A DNA stretch of 64,000 bases from Octopus vulgaris. Its lineage: Eukaryota. Each line of letters opens with the position of its first letter. Position 1 is the stretch's first letter. Below the pieces are notes generated by a model. That model ran no database searches and was not told where the DNA came from. It was given only the letters and a program-made list of their open reading frames with translations. The translations under genes and the position numbers were made by a program. This document shows, one piece after another, positions 37,221 to 49,545 of the stretch. The stretch covers positions 124,000,001 to 124,064,000 of the forward strand of contig OX597819.1 in the NCBI GenBank assembly GCA_951406725.2, given 5' to 3'.

Positions 37221-38972
37221 GAGTACTCTTTTTTCCACCTTGTTTCACATTTATGTGTTTACTCCGGTATATATATATATATATATATATATAGTTTTCC
37301 CTCATTTCAAAATAAAAAAGAAGATAAATTGAAAATACTACTCATCAAATCGAGCAATAATAATAATTAAAAAAAAATCAACAAGGCAAAAAAAAAAAAA
37401 ACTTTTAAAAAAGTTATTCAAGTTATTAAGTTTGCTATGAGGCAAACATCATATACATTTTGGAAACGAAAACAGTTTTCAGGAATTTATTTATTTATTT
37501 ATTTATTCTTTTTGCTATCTTGAAAAAGAATTTTTTTCCTGATAAATTAAGATTTCATGGGCTTTGATTTCGGAAATTTTTCATTTATTCTAAAAATATT
37601 AAATGTGTTTAATTTTAATTTGTGAGTAATTTGAAGATTTGCCGTATGATTCCTGAAATATTTACACATTCAAAAGATTGTGTTTCATGAATGACTTACT
37701 ACTTGAAACACATGAATAAAAAATTTACAACCAAAATACATACACCAGTGACCTGCTAATAGAAATTTTGCTACACAAAACCTACTGAAAGGATATACTG
37801 GGGAGGAGTGGGGTATAATATATATACTTGAATATAATTGCATATGTTTGGATGTATGTTAAAGATAACTGTATGTGTGTACAGAGAGAGAGAGAGAAAG
37901 AGAGAGAGATTTGAGATATAAATGCGTGTGTGTGTAATTTGGTCATAAAATGGTAAAAACCCATGTAAAATTTGAACATTACTTCAATATGTTAAAAGAA
38001 ATGCTTGCTTTAAATATGGAATTAAGGAAATAATATTTGTTAATAGTATTTTACCTTACAATCCTAACAAAAAAAAACTTGTTTTTAAAAAAAAACGAGA
38101 TTCGATTCTATCAAACAAATATTTTGTTTTGTTGACCCATATTTTCAAACTTTTGATGAATGAAACATAACCCAATATAAAAGGCAAAAAAAAAATGGAC
38201 CTTATTCATCATCGTAATTATTTAATGCTCACTTTTTCATGCTAGTAAAAACATATGGGGCATAAATATTTAAATAGTTCAGGTAGATCAATAAATAGAC
38301 AGAAATAAGAACAAATATTTAACAAAAAAATTATTCTATAGAAGGAATAGAAATTGAGGCCTCTCAATTAAACTAACTTCTATTGTCCTTTCTATTTTAA
38401 AGAGATTTTTTTAAAAATTTGTAATTTTCAGATCAGCATATTTTATGTAGCACAAATATTTTCCCCACTTACATGACAACATGATAATATTCTTTTAGAT
38501 GCTATGTAACTTTTCTTCCCATTTAAGACAAAATGTATTTTTCAGCTATTTCTTAACACTAAACAAAAATAAATTAATAAAAATGAATAAATAAATAGAA
38601 CAAAATTTATATTTCAATTAAGTAATAAAATGAAGCACCACTTATACATTACAGAGGTTCAAATGTTATCTTTAAGTTAGGTGTATTAAAAATAAATCAA
38701 AATTATCATTTGTAAATGTATAAGTTGATAAAAAAAAAAAATTTCTTTTATCATTTTCGTCATCATCATGCCACAATTTTTTTTCTGCAGCTGCAGAATC
38801 TCTCACTGATTGAGATAAGACACCATGACTAAAATGTCTGTATGGCCTGTAGTTAGGCCCAAAGCACACACAACCAATGAGAAAACAGCAACGCTAGGAT
38901 GCTGTACAAACCATCTTATGGATAATAGTGAAACTTATTAACTACTTTTAAGTCTTATACGCAGGTGTGGAC

Positions 38973-39143
38973 CTATTTACTGCGTTTGGCTTCTTGTTCA
39001 GCAGCACGAAGCTCTTTCATTCGTCGCTCGACTGCTTTCTTCATCATATGATATTTATACTGGAGTTGCTGAATATGTTCAGATTCTTCCCGGTCCAATA
39101 CTTTCACAAAATTATTTAGTTCTGGATGACTGAAATTTGACCA
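38973..39143 (-). CDS. RASSF terminal coding exon (SARAH domain)
   Basis: Acceptor TCTTTTCCAG; WSNFSHPELNNFVKVLDREE...; TAG at 38975-38973. Confidence 0.95.
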   Translation of the reverse strand, partial: WSNFSHPELNNFVKVLDREESEHIQQLQYKYHMMKKAVERRMKELRAAEQEAKRSK

Positions 39144-42100
39144 CTGGAAAAGATTAAAATAGAAAATATTTAAACCAAAAGAAAATCAATAGCAAAAAGA
39201 AAATCTCTAGCACAGGGATTTGTAATTTTCAGGTGTATGTATGTACAAAAAAGAAGAACGGTTGCTGCAAAAAATTTTGTAAAACCACTTAATATATATC
39301 ATAATCTAACCAGGTGGAAAATGAAATATCATCTCCACTCACTCATATACTAAATTTACCGTTACCCAATTCAGAAACAATATTATGGTCATTGTATAGT
39401 ATAGTACTTCCAAATATATATTGTTATAATCTGAGGTGGCACATAAAAAGCAACATTTGGGTGTGGCCGTTGCCAGTACCACCAAACTGGCTCTCGTGCC
39501 GGTGGCACATAAAAGCACCCACTACACTCTCGAAGTGGTTGGCATTAGGAAGGGCATCCAGCTGTAGAAACTCTGCCAGATCAGATTGGAGTCTGGTTCG
39601 CAGATAAACTTAGAAGCAAAATAAGAACTGAATCCAGAAACCATCACAATATATTGCACTGGCGTTCCAACACAGTGACTTAGTATCACTTTGCACTGAT
39701 TGTATCTAGTTACCATTTACTTATGTTGAGGTTTCATTTTCAACAATTCCCATTTTCACCTCAACTTGAAGAGAAAAAAGAACTATCCATCAATCGAAGG
39801 AAAGTTCTGATTCTCCTGCTCCAAGGACTACATACAACCTTTGTTTCAAGAATCAACATCCACTAAAAAAATGTTTTTCTTTTTAATTCCCATTAATATA
39901 CTAACCAAATTTTAAAATTCTACAGTAACTATAGCAATCTCACTCTACTTCCCCTATCAGATTCAAGATGGTTCTACCTCTATTCTAGCTATGAATAGAA
40001 GAGGAGCCTCTAAATCCTGAATCATTAACTTTTTGGTCTATCAGCCTTTTGCCTCAATTCCTCATCCCCAATGCTCCTTACTAAGTAATATTCCTTACCA
40101 ATGAGAGTGGATAAAAATGAACAAAAATACCCACCACACATACCATTAATAATGTTTGTTTGACAATTTTAATGTATCCCTAACAAGGAGAGCGCATATA
40201 CTTTTGGAACCACTAGGCATAAAACTTGCTTTCATATACCTATGGAAAATGTGTTGGAATCACCAAACTAAGAGTGGTCTAAACATTGACAGTGACTTAT
40301 AAGAAATCAGAGGTTTTCAACACCAACTCAATTATCTGGTAGATTGCTGTATTCAATTTGTCCAGTTGGTCACAGTACATATCTGAATTTATGGTCCTGT
40401 CTAGAGAGGAGCTTGTCAAAGACAACACCCTTACAATCCCACCAAATTGAAAGCATAACCTTCGTCAGGTGAAGTCCTGCTTTGGAAGTTGTTTGTCGTC
40501 ATTTGCCTTACTTTCCCCATGATTGATTGTACTTCACATTGTGATAGATAATCCGTTTCTCATTTCCTATCACCATTCTCTTCAAAAAAGGATAATTTCC
40601 TTCATGTTTCAAACCACAAATGGAAATCTGTTGGATGCAGATTCAAATGACATGGGACCCAAACACTGAGCCTGCTGATGTAACCAAGTTGATGCAGGTG
40701 TGTTTGCAATACTTGAGTTGGATATTTGGGGAATATCTGTGATCACCTTGATTGGTGTTGCTGCTAATCTCAGCTGATGAGCAAGAGCAAGGTGCCTCTT
40801 ATACCAAAAAATTTTCCACTCAAAATCTTGAAAATCACTCCTGGAATACACATTCCATAACGACATCCTCTCCATACACAGAGCATAGCTTCTTGCAGGT
40901 TTCTACTACTTTCTTGCCTTTTTTAAAATAAAAAAGGCATGAGTCACTGATAATGTTCATTTTGATTCTCCATTTTCAGATTGATCTCAAACACAGAAAA
41001 TATAACCTGTCTCATCACAAGTTCCAGTTGAACTACTTTGAAGTGCCGTGTATCAAACAAATGTGCAAGTGAAGTTAGCTATTTATAAGAGTGTTTGAAG
41101 TGTCAAAAACAGAATGAACATTTTGGTCAACTCAAGATTTTGTTGAAAGAAGTTTAAAGCTTTGGATAAAATCTTTCATCAAAGAAAGATGAATTATTTA
41201 CTAGTGGTGTTAAATAGATTAGGAACAGTGAAAGGAAAATTAACAGTGAAGAATAAGAGGAAGAGATAACAAGGAGACGTAAGTATTAGCAAAATGGCAA
41301 TGATCAAAGAGAGGAAAAAATCAAGAGGAATTCTAACAGAATTGGTTTCTTTGATGTATTGCAGTGTATATTGTGAGATAACTCAGGTAAACATTTTAAA
41401 ACATATTTTAATACACTTTTCCCCAATGAAAAGAATGAAGAATTCAAGAAATTGTACTCTACAATAAATCAATGGATAAAATATGGGTTGGCTGAAATTA
41501 CTACTAATACAGAAACTAGTGAAATTGCAGTCTCTATACAAGACACAGAACCCATACATGTATCAGCTTCTAGTTTGATTAATTCCCCCAACCACAAAAA
41601 ATCCAATTCTGATTCTGTGAAGATATCTGTGGTTGAGGCAAGCGAAGTCGATATAGAACCTCATCCGATGACAGGCACCCATGCCAACCCCCTTTGCTTG
41701 CAAAGACATGTTGGGGCAAGCGAAATCGAAATCGAATTGAACCAGCCAGGACCCCTGGACTGGTGGTACGTAAAAAGCACTATCCGACTCGTGGCCGATG
41801 CCAGCGCCGCCTCGACTGGCTTCCATGCCGGTGGCACGTAAAATGCACCAATCCGACCATGGCCGTTGCCAGACTCACCTGGCACCTGTGCAGGTGGCAT
41901 GTAAAAAGCACCCACTACACTCACGGAGTGGTTGGCGTTAGGAAGGGCATCCAGCTGTAGAAACATTGCCAGATAAGACTGGAGCCTGGGGCAGCCTTCT
42001 GGCTTCCCAGACCCCAGTCGAACCATCCAACCCATGCTAGCATGGAGAACGGACGTTAAACGATGATGATGATGATGATATTAACTTTGGTTATTTGGCT

Positions 42101-43129
42101 TAAGTTAATAATTGATGACAAAGAAGTTTCTAATGCCCTTTCTTTACATAGTAACAAAATTAGTGACATAAACAATATCTAAAAATGAAAAACTTACTTC
42201 AATATCCCCTGAAGCTTCATTCTCTTGAAGAACTAAGCGATAACATTCCAGTTTATTTGTTTCCCAGCCTAGACAAACCTGAAGAGGAAATTCTTCTGGC
42301 ATAACTCGCCGCAGTTTTACTGAAATTATAAGAATTATAAGAATTGGTTCATCCATCAAAGTAAAGTGAAAACAGATTCAGCATGAAATGATGAAAGCAT
42401 TGATTTAAAAACCAAGGATGGAAGTACATCATTCAATTTAGAAATTTCCAACTGAGAATCAAATCTATAAGTGGAATTCATATTCACACTCAATATTCTA
42501 GAACATTTTCATAACTATATTTCCTGTGTGTTTCAATCAATTTTGAAATAACAAAAAATTTGGAAGGTTTTAATAAAATCTTATAGCAGAAACAGCTATA
42601 AAATAATGAAGTTGATCAGGTAATTCTGTTCCCTTGTTGCTTATTGAATTGTGTATTCAACTCTTGCCTTCTAGCTGCCACATCCTAGATGTTCAGCTGG
42701 ATCAAGGGTGGGATGGCTTACAACTGCGTAAGTACTTAAAATAATTAGCAAAAGCATGGTACATCCCAGCAAACCATACTTGCTTATGAGTGACAACTGC
42801 AGTTTTATATACATACTAGCACTATGACCTGGCGTTGCTGGGTCATAATGCTAGTTATCTCTAATTTTTATTGCTAAAGTGAAAGTATCTAACATAAAAT
42901 AGAGAAATGTTTTTGTTTCACTTTTAACACGTAATACTGAAATAGTGGAAAAGATATGATATTGCTATGGGCTCGCCTAGGCAAGAAGTTGAACATTTTT
43001 TTGCCCATGAAACTACATGGACCCTAAGTAAGGCATGTGTAAAATTTGAATGAAATTAGTTGTGTAGTTCTCAAGTTTTAGGGAAACACACAGACAGACA
43101 CACATTCTCAGTTTTATATATATAGATAT

Positions 43130-43164
<35 letters not shown>

Positions 43165-46100
43165 AACATGTATTGCATGAGTGAGTTTGTCTTCCCCTCA
43201 TCTTCATGTGTGTTCATTTGATTGTTGTCAACAATGACTTTGCTGACAGTGTAACTTGCTTGTAGTCCACAATGAAAGCATGTCCAGACTTCTTGACATA
43301 TCGGGACATGTCCAAGCTGCTTGTTGTTTGATAGACTGGGAGATTATTATCCTACTTGGACACAAGTGGAGGTTGATGACACAAAGAGCATCCAGTCATA
43401 GAAAATGCTACCACAATGATGGTGATTATGTATTGCAATGTCAGAATTTGCCAGTATTTTTTAACTAAAACTGTCAATTTTAAAATATAAACTATGTAAA
43501 TTCTTTTGATTACCATGGCTACGATTTTTAACATGCATTTTCTATTCTGGCAGATATCATAATATCTCATCTAGTATTTCAGGTAACACTTAATAATAGT
43601 TCCTAAGAATCTTCTATTCTTTCTATGTTATCCTTTCAAATTTTCTTGAATTTTTCATCAAGTTCAATAATTAGTGGATCAAATTCTTTTATTGTCTGAT
43701 GAACAATAGTGAGAACAAGAAGGAATTACAACCGTGTTTCGTGGTCTGCTACCACAACAGCTCCTTTATAGGATCCAGTTAGCTCAAGACATCATCAGGC
43801 GGAACCACGTCCGGTTTTGGCCCCTATTCCTCTACCGTTTTGACATGGCGGCCCCCCATCCTTTTGGAGGTGTCTTCAGCTCTGGTGTTGGGTGCATGTC
43901 TTCTTTCTTCTGTTCCCTGGCCTCTTCGATGTATTGTCAGCGAGTGTCAGCTGGTGACTGAGTGACTTGTCAAATTTTCCCCTTTAAATACCTGCCGCTA
44001 GGCTCCAGCAGGCAGCCTCAGCAAGTTGTCACATGACACTGTCTCCCCTTAACTGACTAGTGAAGGCACGTAGTCTTAGCCAGTGCATTCTCTAAATGAC
44101 CGTTACCTGTCAGTCAGCGACTCATTAGGTTTTACAGATAACATTAAAGATTTCTACTGCATGATATCTATTGATGAAGTCTATCCCTCTTCAAGCTATG
44201 GCTGTAAGAGCTGAACTCACTGCTGTCAGGTAATGAAACACTCCTCAATTTTAAAATCTGCAGCTACTCTGAGTAGTGAATTGCAGTTAAGTGAATTATT
44301 CCAAAAAGCACCAACCGATCGTGGGCGTTGCCAGCCTCCCCTGGCACCTGTGCCGGTGGCATGTAAAAGGCACCAACTGTTCGTGGCCGTTGCCAGCCTA
44401 CCCTGGCACCTAAAAAGCACCGTCTGTATGTGGCCGATGCCAGCGCCACCTTGACTGGCTTCCGTGCCGGTGGCACATAAAAAGCACCAACCGATCGTGG
44501 CCGTTGCCAGCCTCCCTTGGCACCTGTGCTGGTGGCAAGTAAAAAGCACCATCCGTATGTGGCCGATGCCAGCGCCACCTTGACTAGCTTCCGTGCCGGT
44601 GATATATAAAAAGTACCAACCAATCGTGCCGTTGCCAGCCTCGCCTGGCATGTAAAAAGCACCCACTACACTCACGGAGTGGTTGGCATTAGGAAGGGCA
44701 TCCAGCTGTAGGAACACTGCCAGATCAGACTTGAGCCTGGTGCAGCCTCCTAGCTTCCCAGACCCCGGTCAAACCGTTCAACCCGTGCTAGCATGGAAAA
44801 CTGACGTTAAACGATGATGATGATGAACATAGTGCAGTGATACAATACAAATCACTAATCCTTCCATTCATTAATTATCACTACAATTTATTTCAGACTT
44901 CAGTGAATGAGTCCAAACTTCCACTAAATGTGTCAAGTATTAAATATTTTTACATTTTCCTTTTAAGCAAGAAATAAAGAAAGTTTTATAAAATTCTAAC
45001 CAAGTTTTTTGTTTTTGAATTCCTGTTCATACATAGCAAACTTCCGCGGATTATCAAGAATCTTGAATTTCTTCAACAAAGCTGCAATCACTTCTTTGGT
45101 TGTTGTCTCACTGAAATAACAGAGAAAGAGAGAGAAGTACTGTTAGTGTAATGTAATGGTATTTGCTTCACAAGGCACATATATATTTTCTTTCCACTTC
45201 ACAAGTTACATTAACTTCAAACTATTCTACTTTCTGAGAATAGTTTGAAATTAATGTATTCATTAACTTACTCTCTGGACCTGTGAAAAATTAATGGAAA
45301 ACATTAAAAAAATGTAAGCAGGAGTGGCTAATAGGCGCAGGAGTGGCTGTGTGGTAAGTAGCTTGTTTACCAACCACATGGTTCCGGGTTCAGTCCCACT
45401 GCGTGGCACCTTGGGCAAGTGTCTTCTACTATAGCCTCGGGCCGACCAAAGCCTTGTGAGTGGATTTGGTAGACGGAAACTGAAAGAAGCCCGTCATATA
45501 TATGTATATATATATGTGTGTGTGTGCGTATGTTTGTGTGTCTGTGTTTGTCCCCCTAGCATTGCTTGACAACCGATGCTGGTGTGTTTATGTCCCCGTT
45601 ACTTAGCGGTTTGGCAAAAGAGACCGATAGAATAAGTACTGGGCTTACAAAGAATAAGTCCCGGGGTCGAGTTGCTCAACTAAAGGCGGTGCTCCAGCAT
45701 GGCCGTAGTCAAATTACTGAAACAAGTAAAAGAGTAAAAGAGAGTATCTGTAAATTGTGTGCTGCTGCCATGAGAACTGTTTCTATACTGTGAAAGTTAA
45801 AAGTGGTGAGTTGGTAGAATCACGCTGGGTGAAAAGCTTAGCGATTTTTCGTTTGTTTTTACGTTCTGAGTTCAAATTCTGCCAAGGTTGACTATGCCTT
45901 TCATCGTTTTGGGGGAGGAGAGGTTCAATAGATTAAATACCAGTTGCGTACTGGAATCTAATCGCCTGGGCCCCTCCCATACAAAATTTCAGGACTTGTG
46001 AAGCACACATGTATGCAACAAGGTCTCAGACAGACAAATGCGGCCTCTATAATCACTAAGAGAAAAGTCATTGAAAAGGTTTCAAATAGCAATGAAAGAG

Positions 46101-46538
46101 CTTTGACACACAAAAAAAACAACTTAATGTTTAACTAAGTTAAACAACTAATTGATTAGGTCGTTGGATATTTAACTATTAGACAAATAATAAAGAAGTG
46201 GAATTGAACCAGTGTGTGTGTTTGAATAACATTGGCATGATGACCCTACCTAGACACAACACAAACTAATTTTAGCTCTAGATACAAAATTACTATGTTT
46301 TTCTTTTTGTGAAATGAAAGAGAAAAAAGGTTAGAAAAGCTTACCTGTCTACATGGATAGATTTAACAGTATCTCGAGGCATGTAGAATGAAATAGATTG
46401 GGTATTTTGCTCCACAATGTGCTCTCGAGTGAGTACTTCGTAAATGGAAGGTGGTCGTGCACCAAGAGACATTGTGATTGGTCGAATCAAATTCAAAGTT
46501 ACTTTGATGAAACCCTGGAATGTTTCTCCATCTGACTC
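38973..46538 (-). CDS. RASSF1: Ras-association domain family protein, RASSF1/3/5 (C-RASSF) type; last four coding exons 46538-46345, 45110-45001, 42319-42198, 39143-38973 (5'-incomplete)
   Basis: GT-AG exons (194+110+122+171 nt) splice in frame to ESDGETFQGFIKVTLNLIRPITMSLGARPPSIYEVLTREHIVEQNTQSISFYMPRDTVKSIHVDSETTTKEVIAALLKKFKILDNPRKFAMYEQEFKNKKLVKLRRVMPEEFPLQVCLGWETNKLECYRLVLQENEASGDIEWSNFSHPELNNFVKVLDREESEHIQQLQYKYHMMKKAVERRMKELRAAEQEAKRSK*. RA motifs (GFIKV, FYMP, DNPRKFA, LQENE) and SARAH (WxxFSxPELxNFxxxLxREE). Symbol denotes the RASSF1/3/5 co-ortholog. Confidence 0.95.
40120..40600 (-). pseudogene. Old mariner transposase fragment in a RASSF intron
   Basis: Minus strand KVMLSIWWDCKGVV and INSDMYCDQLDKL. 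Confidence 0.65.
41615..42078 (+). mobile_element. RTE 3' UTR fragment with (GAT)n tail
   Basis: Family homology. Confidence 0.85.
42198..42319 (-). CDS. RASSF exon (RA C-terminal part, ...LVLQENEASGDIE)
   Basis: Acceptor ATAATTTCAG, donor GTAAGT. Confidence 0.95.
42816..43126 (-). mobile_element. Non-autonomous Helitron
   Basis: CTAG terminus plus hairpin shared with the 30891 copy. Confidence 0.7.
44303..44826 (+). mobile_element. RTE 3' UTR fragment with internal tandem repeats
   Basis: Repeated AAAAGCACC...GTGGCCGTTGCCAGC units and (GAT)n tail. Confidence 0.85.
45001..45110 (-). CDS. RASSF exon (RA core, ETTTKEVI...DNPRKFAMYE)
   Basis: Acceptor GTTATTTCAG, donor GTTAGA; phases 2/1 match neighbours. 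Confidence 0.95.
45331..45745 (+). mobile_element. Full-length SINE family A
   Basis: A/B boxes, central (TA)/(TG) tract, GTAAAAGA tail. Confidence 0.9.
46345..46538 (-). CDS. RASSF exon (RA domain N-terminal part)
   Basis: Acceptor TTCTACAG, donor AG|GTAAGC. Confidence 0.95.
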
Positions 46539-46981
46539 CTGTAGAATTTAATGATATTTTTTTAATTAATTCACATAATTAAATTGATTGACATATTCAA
46601 TTCACTCATTCAACTGTAGATAAAACTAGCATTAATACATGTAGACATGTTTTTATTTATGAGGGAATTCATATTAACATTACTCATTATAATCTAATCA
46701 TAATTAATTAATCACTTTCATCAGTGGATAAAAACGTTTGTCTGCTTTTCTTCTTCCAGTATTCCATTTATGCCAGAGTGTTAAACTAGTACGATTTAGA
46801 AACAGAAAAAAAAACAAAAAAAAACAGCTGAAATGAAATGCATTCATAAATATAAGATTAAATTAAATTAATAAAGGTTAATTAATAGATAATTAAAGAC
46901 AAAAAAAAAAATTCATGTGTAATTATAGCAAAAACAAAACATACCACACAAGAAAAAATAGCAAATATAAACAATTAAGCA

Positions 46982-47258
46982 GAGGCGCAATGGCCCAGTG
47001 GCTAGGGCAGCGGATTCGAGGTCATAGGATCGCGGTTTCGATTCCCAGACCAGGCGATGTGAGTGTTTATTGAGCAAAAGCACCTAAAAGCTCCACGAGG
47101 CTCCGGCAGGGGGTGGTGGCGATCTCTGCTGTACTCTTTTGCCACAACTTTCTCTCACTCTTTCTTCTGCTGGCCTCTTAGCAAGCAGGGCGGCGTCATT
47201 TGAAGGCTAAAACAATGCAAAGCACATTGTGACCAGATCCTGGTCGGTCATGGTGATA
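46982..47258 (+). mobile_element. SINE with family C head
   Basis: Homology to 11391-11680. Confidence 0.82.
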
Positions 47259-47918
47259 AACCATTAAATTGTTCAGAACACTTGGTGTTCTAGTCATGTC
47301 CTGTTTGAATGAAACTCAAGATTCACATAAACTGCTCGCTAAAGTATTCTGAGCCATTTTGTTTTTAATGTAAGCTATATTAAAATTAAGGCTTTCAAGA
47401 CTTCAACATAAGGTCCCTATTTTAAAGGCAGTAAGTTTTGTTTTCCTATTGAGGAAAATTCGGCTATTATATATTTACCTACTTAAGTTTCTTCCCTAGC
47501 TTGGCAGCTGAAAGATATTTTCTCAAGTGATGTTTTGAGAATGGACATTTTTATTCCTAAATGCTATAAATACATTCACTTTGCATACAACTCATTCAAC
47601 TACGACTTGCAAATGCGTTTGACTTTAGACTAGCCTTTTTCTAAATGTGCTTCTAATTACATTCAGAGAAGCTAAGCAAACTTATTCATAATCCAAAAAT
47701 ATCCAAAGTAGAGTGTAAGCCATGAAGAACATAAGACGCTGAGAGTGAGTTAAAGAGGAGATTTTCTGAACACAAAGAAGCTAATAAAATTAGATTTAAA
47801 AAATAGGTTTTAATACAATGTAATAAATGGAAAGGATAAACAAAAAATCAATTAAAACAATTCCAAAGAAGAAAATGATGAAGCTATTGAACTGTAGCTT
47901 TCAAAGCATACTATTACC

Positions 47919-48569
47919 CATTTCTTTACTACCCACAAGGGGCTAAACACGGAGGGGACAAACAAGGACAGACAAACGGATTAAGTCTTTTTTTTTTTTT
48001 TTACTTGTTTCAGTCATTTGACTGCGGCCATGCTGGAGCACCGCCTTTAGTCGAGCAACTCAACCCCGGGACTTATTCTTTTCTAAGCCCAGTACTTATT
48101 CTATCAGTTTCTTTTGCCGAACCGCTAATTGACAGGGATGTAAACACACCAGCATCGGTTGTCAAGCAATGCTAGGGGGACAAACACAGACACACAAACA
48201 TATACACACACATACATATATATATACACATATACGACAGGCTTCTTTCAGTTTCCGTCTACCAAATCCACTCACAAGGCATTGGTCGGCCCGGGGCTAT
48301 AGCAGAAGACACTTGCCCAAGATGCCACGCAGTGGGATTGAACCCGGAACCATGTAGTTGGTAAGCAAGCTACTTACCACACAGCCACTCCTGCGCCTAT
48401 AAGTCGATTATATCACCCCCAGTGCGTAACTGGAACTTAATTTATTGACCCCAAAAGGATAAAAGGCAAAGTCGACCTCAGTGGAATTTGAACTCAGAAC
48501 GTAATGGCAGACGAAATACTGCTAAGCATTTCGCCCGACATGCTTACATTTCTGCCAGCTCACCGCCTT
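47919..48569 (-). mobile_element. SINE family B with nested SINE family A (47988-48399)
   Basis: Outer TSD AAGCATACTATTACC (47904-47918, 48570-48584); inner TSD TAAGTC. Confidence 0.88.
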
Positions 48570-49497
48570 AAGCATACTATTACCATCTTCACATTGGATA
48601 AATAAGTCAAACTTCTGGAATGTTACTAGTGTTTAATATCTCAACTGTTAAAAGCTTTATTACCAACAAGAATGACTAATTGTTTCAAAAAATTCTTAAA
48701 ACTGAACAAAAATGATATGCAACCAAAAACAAAAAGCAACGAGGCAATATTCTCTCGGCTACTATTAATTTTATAGTCCTTTATCCACTATAAAAAATCT
48801 CAAATTTAATTTCTGGTGGATATATTTTAAAACAGTTAAAGTTACATGACCACAAATTCCATACAAGATTCAAGTTTGCCAAGAAAATTCAACATTACCA
48901 TAATATTTTCCATCTATTCTTATTTTATATGAGACATAGTTATAAAAAAGATAAATACACCCTTACTATTTCGCAAGCTGTATATTTTTAAAACCTTTAT
49001 TTTGTTTGTGTATATTTGCTAACATTTAACTTAACTAATCAGATCATACATACATTATATATATATATATATAAAAATATAAGAGAGTGACCACTATGTA
49101 GTCGACACTAGCACTAAAAGTAGATCCGCTAGGGTTTCAGCCACGAAGAATTGTTTCCGATGAAAGTCGGCACAACTAATTTATTGTATTCCGGGTTTTT
49201 ATGCACTAAGCCACTTGGTGTTAAATTGATGGTACTATTAAATTAGTATCCAATTTTCTCACCCTTATTAGTTGATTATATATATATATATAGGAGGTAT
49301 TTGTATCCAGAAGACTCAAGGTAGCAGGTAATGCAATCTAAGTACTAAGGAAGGACTGTAGTTAAACTCTCAGTTCGACAATAATATGAGTGAGAGGTCT
49401 AATGCGGGTCTTATACGAGAATGTATATTTTAAATAAAGTGAGACAACAAAGCCAAGGCTGTGTGGAATTTTCAGGGCATTTAGAGAGAGAACACTA

Positions 49498-49545
49498 GTC
49501 TTACAGCTGTTTCTGGTATATTAGGGATATCCCTTCATCAGAGAC
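49498..49545 (-). ncRNA. Minimal type I hammerhead ribozyme motif (Penelope-associated type)
   Basis: GTCT-CTGATGA-stem II-GAAA-CAGCTG-TA-AGAC. Confidence 0.65.

Noticed and set aside
44303-44660. Regularly spaced direct repeats resembling a CRISPR array
   Set aside because: Eukaryotic context; the spacers are themselves repeated, it is the tandem 3' UTR of an RTE LINE, and there are no cas genes.
45331-45410. tRNA gene (A/B boxes; also 9770-9840, 11391-11460, 46982-47050)
   Set aside because: These are SINE heads continuing into SINE bodies, several with TSDs; no complete cloverleaf.
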